NCBI RefSeq assembly: GCF_006345805.1
Contig: NC_042998.1
Coordinates: forward strand, 149,482,001-149,546,000
From: Octopus sinensis
Lineage: Eukaryota
Length of the DNA stretch: 64,000 nucleotides
Reading direction: 5' to 3'
Shown here: one piece after another, positions 38,217 through 50,899 of the stretch
How the letters are laid out: every line of letters starts with the position of its first letter
How positions within the stretch are numbered: the stretch's first letter is position 1
The notes under the pieces: model-generated
The model's input: only the letters and a program-made list of their open reading frames with translations
The model's database searches: none
Told to the model about the DNA's origin: nothing
Made by a program: the position numbers and the translations under genes

Positions 38217-38360
38217 TTAAAGCTTCGAAAACATCACAAAAATTTCACAACAAAAACTACTACTCAGTGTTTCACGTTCCCGTTTGTCGGACTAACGGGA
38301 CCATGAAACTCTGAGTAGTAGTTTTTTGTGATATTTTTGTGATGTTTCTACAGGTTTAAT
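38217..38360. repeat. Near-perfect foldback containing degenerate hammerhead halves
   Basis: aaacatcacaaaaatttcac..actactactcagtgtttcacgttcccgtt is mirrored by aacgggaccatgaaactctgagtagtag..gtgatgttt. Confidence 0.8.
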
Positions 38361-38518
38361 AATAATAAAGCATATTATTTCACCTCCGGTATTCGAGTAC
38401 TATTTTTTACCACCTTGTTTCACATTTATGCGCTTACTTAGGTGTGTGTGTGTGTATATATATATATATTTATATACATACATACATACATACATACATA
38501 CATACATACATACATACA

Positions 38519-38550
<32 letters not shown>

Positions 38551-39019
38551 CTCTTCCGTTGATGAAAAGTAGCTCTAATACACCACGACGTTTGAACCTT
38601 TTTGAAACTTTCTGTTTTTTCATATTCTCTCTCTCTCTCTCTCTATCTATCTCACTCTCCTTTTACTTTTCGTCTTCTCTTCTTTTCTTCTTTTCTCTCC
38701 GTTTCTTCTACTTCTTTCTCTTTTGTTTTTCTTTAACTTCTCACGCCTTTTCAATTTTTTGAACGATTGGTTAGCAAACTACTTACTACACACTCACTCC
38801 TGCACCTATATGTATGTATGTGTGTATGTATGTATGTATGTATGTATGTATGTATGTATGTATGTATGTATGTATGTATGTGTGTAGGTTTGTATGTATA
38901 TATATAAATCATTACTTTGCCTTTCTCTCTCCCTTTCCTTGTCTTTTTCGAGCATGCTCGATTACAAATCTTTCCTCCTAAACAAACCATTGCTTTCAGT
39001 CTTCTATTTCTACGAGTTC

Positions 39020-39055
39020 TTTTCTGTTGAAAAGCGTAGGCTTGAAACGTAAAAG
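39020..39055 (+). ncRNA. Minimal hammerhead-like motif, variant core CUGUUGA
   Basis: TTTT-CTGTTGA-A-AAGC-gtag-GCTT-GAAA-CG-TA-AAAG. Confidence 0.6.
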
Positions 39056-39312
39056 ACTTTCTCACCTTCCCGAGCGTCAAACTCATACACCTGCTTGTTG
39101 TTTATACACATACCTTCGTCTTTTGTACTATTCTTTTTCTGTAAATTTCAACTATATATATAGGCAGAGACGTCTTCCTGGGGCTACAAGCTACAGTAGC
39201 ATCGACCCTTAATGGTTAGCTACATTTAGGTGGCAAATATACTTCACAATGCCGTGGTGCTGTTGTTTATAGCTCGCTCAGTGATTTATTATTGCTTATA
39301 TATATATATGTA

Positions 39313-39350
<38 letters not shown>

Positions 39351-39408
39351 CATATATATATACATACATACATACACACATACGTACATACATACATACA
39401 TACATACA

Positions 39409-39442
<34 letters not shown>

Positions 39443-39444
<2 letters not shown>

Positions 39445-40189
39445 GGTGCAGGAGTGGGTGTGTAGTAAGTAGCTTGCTTACCAATCACATGGTTCCGGGT
39501 TCAGTCCCAGTGCGTGGGGCACCTTGGGCAAATGTCTTCTGCTATAGCCTCGGGTCGACCAAGCTCTTCTGAGTGGATTTGGTAGACGGAAACTGAAAGA
39601 AGCCCGTCGTGTATGTATATATATATATATAGGGAAAGTTCACGAAAAAAACAAAACACGAAGACAGGTGGTGTACAAAAGAAACAGTTGTATTAGTATA
39701 ACGCTCAGGAATTGAAAAAGTCTTTTACGTTTCGAGCCTAAGCTCTTCTACAGAAAGGGACACAGAAAAAAACAAGGAGAGAAACAAGGAGAGAAGGAAA
39801 AAATGTATGTAGTGGCTACCGATCTATCATGGCAACTGCTGGACAGAAGGGTCACACAGGAGAGCGAAGAAGTAAGGGAGATAACAAAGTAAAGATGACC
39901 CCCAACACGAAGTTGCATGTGTGCATAAGAGAGTATGTATGTGCGTGTGAAAGAGGGCTGGTGGTCTGGACGTGTGCGTGTATGTATGTGTAGATGTGAA
40001 AATGTGGGGATGGGAATTGGTCAGTGCTGGTGTGTGGGTGGTGTGTTGTGATGTGATGTGTAATGTTGTATGGTGTAGTGTGGTGTGATGTTTTTGGGAG
40101 GTGGGGAGGCGAGAGTGAGGAAAGCATGGGTGGGGTGTGGGTTCGGCTGAGGGTTGAGGAAGAGTTTGGGTATGTGGGTAGGCAGAGGG

Positions 40190-40221
<32 letters not shown>

Positions 40222-40437
40222 ATATATGTTTGTGCGTCTGTGTTTGTCCCGCCAACATCGCTTGACAACCGATGCTGGTGTGTTTACGTCCCCGTAACTT
40301 AGCGGTTCGGCAAAAGCGAAAGTTAGAATAAGTTCTAGCCTTACAAAAAATAAGTCCTGGAGTCGATTTGTTCGACTAAAGGCAGTGCTCCAGTATCGTC
40401 GCAGTCAAATAACTGAAACAAGTAAATGAATAAAAGA
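39443..40437 (+). mobile_element. tRNA-derived SINE split at its internal (TA)n by a ~560 bp insert
   Basis: Head 39443-39612 and tail about 40228-40437 join into the standard family sequence. Confidence 0.8.
39722..39757 (-). ncRNA. Minimal hammerhead-like motif, variant core CUGUAGA
   Basis: Minus strand: CTTT-CTGTAGA-A-GAGC-ttag-GCTC-GAAA-CG-TA-AAAG; helices I and II fully Watson-Crick. Confidence 0.65.
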
Positions 40438-40458
40438 ATAATATGTGTGTGCGTGTGA

Positions 40459-40514
<56 letters not shown>

Positions 40515-40892
40515 TGTGTGTGTGTGTAACGTTGTAGATTGCTTGAAATATTGTGATATAGAAGAAAAACAACAAATAATAAATACGGAGTGCTTCTATG
40601 AATGGAAAAACAGAAAGTTGTGCGAAGGCTCCTCATCAAAAGTAGTTGACATAAAGAAATGTAAGTTTTCATTGATTGCCGAATTAAACGTTTGCCAATC
40701 AAAATGGACAGTATCTCCATGGATTACTTACATTTCTAAACTGTCCACCTCTGATGATGAACTGTTTTTCTACCTGAAATATATTAAGGTTATGCAGTAC
40801 TCCCTTTCCCATTGTTAGAAGCTTACCTTCTCCATTATATGATACTTTACTTAGACATCTACCGGAGTATGTGTGTATGTATGTATGTATGC

Positions 40893-40937
<45 letters not shown>

Positions 40938-41174
40938 ACTTCTATGCTGGAGTAAGAACAGCATGTTCTTTGTCTATCTCCTTAACTTCTTGGAGATTTT
41001 AGGTATAATTATACTATTGTGACCATCTGTTCTAATTTAATTAAATTCTATGTCTTTGTGCAGCTGAAGATTGCTCTACATTTTAAATTGATGTAATGAT
41101 TGCATTGTTCAATTAAATGGAGTTGCATGAAACGATCGTACTGCATTACCTCTGGATATCCTTGTTGCTTATTT

Positions 41175-41251
<77 letters not shown>

Positions 41252-41456
41252 GAACAGCCGAAATTTGCTATGATGATTCGGTGTCTGACTGAAGATTGAA
41301 GGCTTCGAATGATTTGTCTGTGTTCCGTGTTCGTCCCTTCCTGTATTTCACGTTCATTATATATAAAAACATTCATTCTTATATATATATATATATATGT
41401 ATATATATACATATATATGTATATATTTATATATATATGTAGATCATATGTATGTA

Positions 41457-41494
<38 letters not shown>

Positions 41495-41554
41495 GTGTGT
41501 GCGTGTGTGTGTGTGTGTACATCACAGTATCGCGGTATGAACCAGGTCATCAGT

Positions 41555-43140
41555 TTCTGTTTACACTGCTGGTCACAATACACCTTCAAGTATGTATTGA
41601 ATGTGCCATTCTTTTCCATCTTGACCCAAATTACTTGACTAAATCATCTTCGCGTCGCCGTGGAGGCCTTCCAAGTGGTCTTTTCCGATCTCTTGAGTAC
41701 CACTCGGCAACTATAAAGGTCCACCTATTGTCTGTGAGCCTTTGCGACTTGTCCGGTCCAGAGGAACTTCTGCTTCCGGTTCTCCGTGCTCACATCATTC
41801 ACTTCGCTTTGTTCTCGAATTATCTCATTTCGAATGTGCTCTTTTAATGATATTCCTAGCACGGATCTTTCCATGGCCCTTTGTATCGTCACCAGTCGAT
41901 GTCCTATAGTCTTCATTGTAGCCTACGTCTCACTTGCGCAGGTAGGACGGTGCTATTGAGGAACCTGTCGCGTATAGCATTTTCTAGCTTTGTTTGTAGC
42001 ACACCCTTTATTGAATAAAGGCCTTCCATCTTGTCCTTAGTCTCTTTGAGATTTCAGCATCCATATCTTAGCACATATTCACCGTGTGCTCCAAGTAGAT
42101 GTACTCCTTTCCCTCATCAATTTCATCGCGTCCCATCTTTATTTGGCTTTGTGCTGCGTCATCCAACCACATACTTTTTGTTTTAATGTGGTTCATTTAC
42201 TGCTATGATCTCAGTGTTCAACTTTGTCAGCATGTTCTGCAGCTGATCTGTGATTTGAGCGATGAGTACAATGTCTTCTGTGAATCGGAGGTTTGTTAAT
42301 TTCCTTGCCATTGATGTTCACTCTATCTGCCCAATCAATGTCCTTAATGACTATTTCTAGACATGCAGTAAAGAGCTTTGGAGATATGGTGTCTCTTTGC
42401 TCGACATTCTTCTCAATTACAACTCTTAATGGTGGTGATAGCAGTCTGCTTGTACATCGAGAGTTCGCATCTCAGCTGCTTGCTGTTTTGCTCCTCAGCA
42501 CCTTGCTTTTTCAGAGATTTCAAGACTGCGTTCATTTCGGTACAATCAAAGGCTTTCCTGTGATCAACAAAAGAGATGCGCTGAACAAGCTTGTATTCGT
42601 TCGCTCGTTCTATGAACTGTTCTAGAGTGAATACATTTATCTATCATACTATAGTTCTTACGGAACTTCACTGGTAACTTAGAAAGGTGTGTATAAAAGG
42701 TTTTGCATACCACCTCCATCTCTTGGACAGTCCCAAACGCTCACCCACCCAAATGGTCGATAAACAGTGTATATTGCAAGAAGTCTCAGCAGTAGCGCTA
42801 TTCAACATAGACAGTGATTATTGCTTGCTACAGACAAAAATTGTGATCAGTGAAATCAGAGAGAAAAATGCTTTGCATATCTCGATGAAGAATCAACGCC
42901 TCAAGGTTTTTCATGTGAAATAGTTGCAGGAAGCTATCAAGAAGGAAATCTGAAGTCAACTTGAAGAGCTCGATGTGAGCTACAATTTGCTGATCTACAA
43001 TAATTAAAGCTGCATATAGAAACCAAAAATTGTACGCCAGGGGGAGTCTGGCGGAAGAAGCTTGGAACGAGACGAAGAAAATGCTAGCGAAACGGAAAAC
43101 GAGAAGAAGATCACGAAAGATCACCTCGTGTATTCCGTTC
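41555..43140 (-). mobile_element. Decayed RTE-clade LINE fragment
   Basis: QRAMERSVLGISLKEHIRNEIIR; manual translation IERANEY...FVDHRKAFD; many stops. Confidence 0.75.
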
Positions 43141-43377
43141 TCTGCAAAGCGATCAGATAACGTCTAAGAAATAACTTCAAGAATTCTCGACTGAAAAAAT
43201 GGATGTACGCTGCAGACTAAAGGAACAGTTTAGAAAAATGCAAGATGGAGCTGACGCTGTATTGGTCAGAGGTAACAGCGCTTAAAAACAACTACGGGTT
43301 CACGGTATATAATATGTATATATATATGTGTGTGTGTGTGTGAGGATGTAGGTATATATATATATATAGATATATAA

Positions 43378-43587
43378 ATAAATAAATAAATAAATAAAAC
43401 ATATGCATATATACATACATATATATACGTACCTACCTCTACATGTATATATACATGCATATATGGGTACAGGACACCAAAAAACGTCGAACGCAATGAG
43501 AAACGAAAACATAAATACATGTAGAGGTAGGTACGTACATATATGTATGTATATAAGCATATGTTTTATTTATTTATTTATTTATAG
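43378..43587. repeat. Inverted repeat of the tagaggtaggtacgtac family end
   Basis: Arms of about 70 bp (43378-43448 and 43515-43587) around a spacer of about 65 bp. Confidence 0.8.
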
Positions 43588-44006
43588 ATGACTGAACGCA
43601 CGCATCCATTTCTAAGTAAGATTGTTCAAATAATATATATATATATTCTATATATATAATATATATATATATAATATATATATAATATCTATATATATAT
43701 ATATATTATATAGATATACATATATATATATATCTAAGGACTAGACAGCTCAGTAGGTTTACTTTGTCGACGTGCCGGGAAGAAGACAAGTGGTTGTATA
43801 ACGATTTTGAAAATTGTCTTCCTAAGTAATTCTTCTTTGCGGTTTAGGTTATCTTGAAGTCGGCTTTTTTGCGTATGGGGTTTGAAGACAACCTCCACAC
43901 TACAGATATATATGTGTGTGTGTGTGTGTGGTGGCGTTTGTGCGCGCGCGGTGTGTGTGTTGTGTGTGTGTATATGTCATACATGCAATATATATAATAT
44001 ATATAT

Positions 44007-44037
<31 letters not shown>

Positions 44038-44567
44038 TATATACAGGATTGAATAGACAAAAAACAGGAGAAAGTTAGACGAAAGCAGAGTTAAATAGGA
44101 AGCAAGACGAAAACTTAAGGACGAGGAATATAGACAAAGACACACTACACAGAATATTCGTAGCTGAGTTTTCCTCGTCAGTCAATGACCAAAATATCAT
44201 CATAGTTTCGCACCTTTATCATTGAGACCACTCCTTCTTGGAGGTGCCAGTTCTGTTATTAAGATACTGGGAAAAAGCTACCGAATGTATACTGAGACGG
44301 AAACAAATAAGACATTATATAAATACAACAGAAGAAAAATTTTGTATATATAACAACGCGAAGCCTTACAACATAGGAAAACAAATTAATTATACAAATA
44401 CCACAAATACAACAGAAATAGCTTTGCAGCTACCAAACGTACTAAGTAGGGTAGAGCAGGATAAGATAGAGAAAGCTCTAAATGACGTGGCAGCATATGT
44501 GACGCGTGTTGTACCGTTGGCGATTTTTTTTCCTCTGTTTCCTTCTTCTGGATCTTTCTTCTACTAT

Positions 44568-44602
44568 GTTTCAGTCGAAGAGCTCCGCTCGAAACGTAAA
44601 AC
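44568..44602 (+). ncRNA. Minimal hammerhead-like motif, variant core CAGUCGA
   Basis: GTTT-CAGTCGA-A-GAGC-tcc-GCTC-GAAA-CG-TA-AAAC; helices perfect, two core substitutions. Confidence 0.5.
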
Positions 44603-44951
44603 CCCCCTTCTTTCCTTCTTTTCTGAGCGTCCAATAATACTATATTTGTTCACGTCCTCGCGTTGTGTTTTGTGCTTCTTGTTGGATTTAACTATATATT
44701 TATAATATATATATATATATATATTATTATATATATAGATATAGGGGTTTTTTCGTTGTGTTAATTGTCCTGTACTCCATTTTTTTGTTTTTAAAAAAAT
44801 GTCCAGTTCCTTTGGTTTTTGTGTCTATGTTTTCGTTTCTCTTTGTGTTCGACGTCCCTTTGGTGTCCTGTACTCATATATGCGTGTATATGTAGAGGTA
44901 GGTACGTACATATATGTTTATATGTATGCATATGTTTTATTTCATTTATTA

Positions 44952-44990
<39 letters not shown>

Positions 44991-45191
44991 GTTAATCCAA
45001 ACAAGAAAGCACAAAAAAAAAACACAACAACGCGAGGACGTGGAACAAATATAGTATTATTGGACGCTATATATAATCCTTTTATCATTAATTAATAAAT
45101 CTTAGGGTAGCAAAAAAAATTTTAGAAAAATTCTCCGCTACTAGTGGTCTAGCGAGAAGGAAAAAATAGTCAATAGACTATATAATATACT

Positions 45192-45483
45192 TTAAACACA
45201 TAAGAGACGACCATAATAGGACATCTGATTCACTAGAAAGAGCAGTTAAACTCCAAATAGTTGTAATTCTGAAAGGGAAAGAGAAATAAAAACGCTTACC
45301 CTATCTTTCCTGGACTATGCATATTTTCGGCAATCTTTTGTAAATAAAATAAAATTATTTTACTTTACAATTGGCGTTGCCATCTCTTTCCCTTTCAGAA
45401 TTACAACTATTAGTGGTTTGGAGTTTAACTGCTCTTTCTAGTGAGTCAGATTTCCTATTATGGTCGTCTCTTATGTGTTTAAA
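45192..45483. repeat. Inverted repeat with ~90-100 bp arms
   Basis: tttaaacacataagagacgaccataatagg...gaaagggaaagaga at 45192-45283 mirrored at 45382-45483 with a small indel. Confidence 0.85.
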
Positions 45484-45491
45484 TGTTTTAA

Positions 45492-45524
<33 letters not shown>

Positions 45525-45526
45525 TA

Positions 45527-45880
45527 TAGGCGTGGCTGTCTGGTAAGAAGTGTTCTTCCCATCAACATGGTTCCGAGTTCAGATCCAGTTCTACTATAGC
45601 CTCGGGCCAACCAAAAACTTGTGAGAATATTTGGTAGACGGAAACTGAAAGAAGCCCGTTGTATCTTTTTGTATGTATTTATGTGTATCTGTGTTTGTCC
45701 CGGCCATCATTTGACGACCGATGCTGGCGTGCTTATGTAACTTAGCATTCGGCAAAAGAGACCGATAGAATAAGTACTAGGCTTACAAAGAATAAGTCCT
45801 GGGGGCGATTTCTTCGACTAAAACTCATAAAGACAGTGCTCCAACATGACCGCAGTCAAATGACTGAAACAAATGAAAGA
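45527..45880 (+). mobile_element. tRNA-derived SINE
   Basis: Same head and tail as other family members. Confidence 0.85.
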
Positions 45881-46126
45881 ATATATATATATATATATAT
45901 ACAAACAATGAATTTATCATATCTTTATTAAATTAATATTTACAGTCATTTCGGTACCATATTTATGTAAGTAAAATATTTGAGTCGTTTATAGAGGTGT
46001 GAGTGCGTGTGTGTGTATGGAGTGGGGGAAGGTTGTTAAGTAAGGTTAACAATTGTTAGTAAGACAAGATGTGTTGAGTGTATGAATGGTTGTGTGGAGA
46101 GAAGATGGAGGAAGTGAAGAAGAAAC

Positions 46127-46217
<91 letters not shown>

Positions 46218-48094
46218 AAGAAGAAGAAGAAGAAGATGCGTTAGTTTATATGAATGAGGAGAGAGAGAGAGAGGGAGGAAGACACAGAGAGATAATTAGG
46301 TCGGTGGTTGGCTCGGTAAGGAGGGGTGTATGTTGAGAAGGATCTGGAAACGTAGATTTGCGAAGAAGATGACGGGAGGCGGTTGGGGTGGTCGGGGAAT
46401 GTATGGACCCGAATGATGGGTAATGAGTTCGTTGTTAGGGTGTCTGATTAGTATGTATGTATAAATCTGCGTATGTGTGCATGCATATTTGTGAATGTGT
46501 GTGCACCAATGAGTGTGCCCGTGTGTGCGCGAGTAAATTCATATGGGAGGTCATCATTATTGAATTAAGAAGGGTGGGTCGGTTTGGTTATGAAGGTGTT
46601 GGTGAGTGATGATATGTGTAAAATGGGAGGTTGATGAAGAAAATATAAGAATAGAGCGTTGAGGATTGGAGGTAGGTAGGGACAAGGGAGGCCACATGAG
46701 GTGATGGATTTTCACTAGAAAGGTTACAACGTTACCAGTATAAAACTGATAAGGGATGCCAAGCAAATACATACACACGCACATAAACACAGGCGCGCGC
46801 GCGTAAAGTCAAAAGGAAAGTCTTTAGCTGCTGATCAGCTTGCTGGAAATGGCAACCGAAACACTTATCAGTTACACCCTACGTCTTAATAAAAGAAGAC
46901 ATTTTGGCGGGATGGAAGCTGAAACACCGTAATTGTAAAACTGAATCGTTGCGACTGGTATGCTCAAACAGGACTGTTTCTGTGTGTTTATGGATACATA
47001 TACATATATACATACACACTTATGTGCGTGTATACAGTACACATATACATACACACACACATACATATACATACATATATGCATATACATATCTCAATAT
47101 GAATACATATACATAAGTATATAGATGAGTGTGTTTGTATGTGTATATACATTATATACAAGCATACTTACACACACATATGAGATTGAGCCTTGATAAT
47201 TTATTGTTCTATCCCAATATTTAGACCCACTAGAATTATCTTTCCATTGAATTTTCCATTGCATTTCCGAAGCATAAGAACTCATTTAAATATCCTTATA
47301 TTTATAGATTTTCTGCGAGTCAATCCAAGTATGTTTGGTTACTAAAAAATGCAACTGTATTGCTGGACTCATAATGTGTTCGTCAATATGAGCACGTTTT
47401 GCACCTTAATTCTTTGAGACCCACATTGTGCATTAATGAGAAATGCTACAATAATTTTTATGAATGAATCTACTTTCTATCACTGGCGAATTTAATTCGC
47501 CCTAAAAATCTAAATTACTGGATTCTTGCAAGCACGCATCGAAGTTCTTTACTGTGTAATCTCTGACCACCTAATGGATAAAGTGCTCTAAACTATTTTG
47601 TTGAAATGCTATTTGCTTTTTTTGAACATTTCGAATTGGTATTTCTAAACATTAGTATCTTTAAATGCCTAAAATCCATACACTTTTAATGCTAGTTATA
47701 TACGTGGTTGCTATTCTTTTCACTCACTTTCATCATATTAACTTAGAATTTTAATGTAGTACTTTTCAAATTTAAATTTCCGGACTTCAGTTGTTTCCAT
47801 TGCATTGCCTCGATTACCGAGAGAGAACTCTTTAATTATTTTTCTACGTATCTTTTTTAAAAATTCATTTAAATAAATGAATAATTATATTTTGGAAAAT
47901 CGAATTTTTAATATTTTTATGCAAGTATTAGCTCTGTATTTTCAATGTTGTATACATCCATTTCTCGCATGTTATATATTTATTTAAATACAACAGTAAG
48001 TATATATATACATGGTTAAATGTTATATATTTGGTTAAATACAGTAGTAAGTATCAATATTTGTGCATACGTGTGTGTATTATTATACATGAGT

Positions 48095-48280
48095 GCAAGG
48101 TGGTGAGCTGGCAGAATCGTTAGAACGGCAAGCAAAATGCTTTGCGTTTGAGTTCAAATACCACCGAGGTCCACATTGCGTGAACGGGCAGCCATTAAGT
48201 GTTTTACAGTTCACTGATGAGATTTCACTAGAACCGAAACATGTCTCTATAGATAGAGGCCAGTTACGATCCGGCATTTT
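48095..48280 (+). mobile_element. Second tRNA-derived SINE family, decayed 5' part
   Basis: ggtgagctggcagaatcgttag...gagttcaaata matches the head of the 51590-52048 copies. Confidence 0.65.
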
Positions 48281-49537
48281 CGGTCTTCTACCGTATAACC
48301 ATTACAAATAATTTTTGCTTGATTGAAAACCTAAGAGGTTCTCTCCCTTTATCACTTCTGAAAATAAATTTTCATTTAAGTTAATTACCATATAGTTTTC
48401 TCATTAGAGTCTGTTATCTTAATTACAAATTACTTTCAGCTTGTCATCCCATGCAATTACTTATACATGCAGATGCACACGCACTCTTACACACACATAC
48501 ACATACACAAACACACACAAACACACACATACGTACATACATACACATATATATATATGTATACGCCCACACACATATGCATATATATATACATATGTAT
48601 GTATATATGTGTGTGTGTGTGTGTGTGTGGTGTGTGTATACACACACACACGTATAAACGTGCGTGTATGTACATACATTTAAAATGTGCTCTCGTGTGG
48701 TTTTTGTCCTTTTGTGTTTATTGTCTTCCTAATGTGTGTGTCTGTGTGTGCGTGTGAGCGTGTCCGTAATGGATAATAAATGCTAGTACAAGGATGGAAT
48801 AAAGTCCCCAAGTAGTGTTGCGAGAGATCAGAGTTTTAAACTCCATCTTCTTCATCAATATAAAGTAGTCCAAATGTAGAAAAATTAGTTAGAAGAACGA
48901 TCGAAATCGAGAGTGTGTGGAAATAGAACGGCAGATAAACAATAAACAGGAGTACGGATTGGATTTATATAAAAATTTGCGAATACAATTTACATGATGT
49001 AATCATTTCAGTTCTTGATAGCGGTTTCAAATGTAGATGACTGCTTGATACTATTATACCTATTATGCAGCTGGTGCAACACTGAGGCAATATTGTAGAT
49101 ATTCATAAAAGTAAAGTATCAACAGACATAGATTTTGCTAACTCTGTTCAGGGGATAGACGGCCTTCTCTTCAGATGAAATGCGTACCTATATGCGTGTC
49201 TGGTAGATATAGAAGTATATACAACATACGTGGCGAACGAAAATCGGTGGATAAATTATGTTAAATAACTGATTGAAACTGATTGAAATTGTTTTTTTAA
49301 TACAATTTCGTCACAAACAATGCGTGAGGCCATTGCATTGTAAGGGGCTATAAAGAAGGAACAGTTGAGGCATACAAATTCGAAAGTTGTCTATCCAAAG
49401 AAAGATTATAGGTGTGTATATTATAGAGCAGAGAAAAAGAAGACGATTGTAATGAGTTCCAGAAAGTTGGATAAATGAGGATTTATATAGTAGACTAAGT
49501 GAAGATTAGCAGTTTGTGAGAGCGTGTGTGTGTGTGA

Positions 49538-49645
<108 letters not shown>

Positions 49646-49767
49646 CGTGCGTGTGTGTATAGAATGACTGTAATATGAAGCTTTAAATGTCTTTTCCAGG
49701 TGGTGCTTTTAAATTAATATTGGATTGGGCCAATTCAGGCCGAAAGTTATCTAAGTATCTAAGTATA

Positions 49768-50200
49768 CGTGGTCTAATCAAAAAGTATCAAGACTGTTGC
49801 CATAGTAACAAAGGTAAAGCACGCAGAATGAAGCCGCTTGGCACAGATTGACTTTGAACTCTGTTGTGCATACGTACTAAGTTTTAACGTTCTAGCTCAC
49901 TTCCGCTGTTTACAGTAGTGCTTGGAAGGAGGGGGTATAGCATGTGATGATCACATTGACTAAGACAAAGTGGGGCAGAGAATCTGTATCAAATTTTGCC
50001 AAAAGCTTGTCGATGCCTGCTCAGAGGCCTACGCAAAATTTTCAAACACTTTTTATCGTTCTCGACACAATCTATATATTTCGTTTTTGGATTTGGTTTG
50101 CAAGATTCTTTATATGAGTTCGTGCGTTGAAGCATACTCTTTTGTGTCTGGGGAGAGTCATGTAACACACTCACCGGCAAAATTTCCACTTATTTCTTAT
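49768..50200 (+). mobile_element. Mariner 5' fragment related to 17786-18642
   Basis: TA-cgtggtctaatcaaaaagtatcaagactgttgccatagtaac; GQRICIKFCQKL. Confidence 0.75.
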
Positions 50201-50845
50201 TTTTATTTTCTAAAATTTTCGGTGCGTCTTGCAACCTTTTCAAGAGTCAATATGAAAATATAAACAATTATAAATAAGGGCAAAAGAAAAAACTGTCTAT
50301 GTCACTATGCTGAAAAATAGACTTTAGATCGTCTAACCACATATATTCGTCTAACCAGATTAGATCGTCTAACCACATTCTTCCCGAATCGGACCGATTT
50401 CTGGAGTAATCCACTAGGATTCTTCCTTCTCCAGCGAGAAACACGATTAGAGATAAATGGAACACTTGATTATACTCACGGAAAAAGCAGATTCAAAGTC
50501 ATGAGTACATTTAAGAACCCCAAATATATCCAAATAGAAATTCTGTAGCAAGTCTCAGCAGACGTGTAGACGGTCTGGAAAACTCACGTAAAGTGTTTAC
50601 CAGTCCCGATGTGAATCGTAATACATTTACTTCTAATGTAAGGGTAAAATTTATAAAAAATAAAATTTTTATCAGTGGCCAGCATATTAAAAATATTATG
50701 ATTAGACGATCTAAGGTCTGTTTTTCAGAATATTGGCATAGAAATATTTTCTTTTTGCCCTTATTTATAATTGTGTGTGTGTATGTATATATACAAACAT
50801 CTACACACAAACACACACACCCGCTTACATGCAGACACAGATATG

Positions 50846-50876
<31 letters not shown>

Positions 50877-50899
50877 ACACAAATACAATTGCCATCTAT

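Noticed and set aside
41278-41320. CTGAAGA-TT-GAAG-G-CTTC-GAAT hammerhead
   Set aside because: Loop II is one nucleotide, GAAA is broken and helix I is absent.
50320-50385. Three short direct repeats (cgtctaacca) resembling a CRISPR-like array
   Set aside because: Only three ~10-bp units with very short spacers in eukaryotic DNA; a local slippage duplication.
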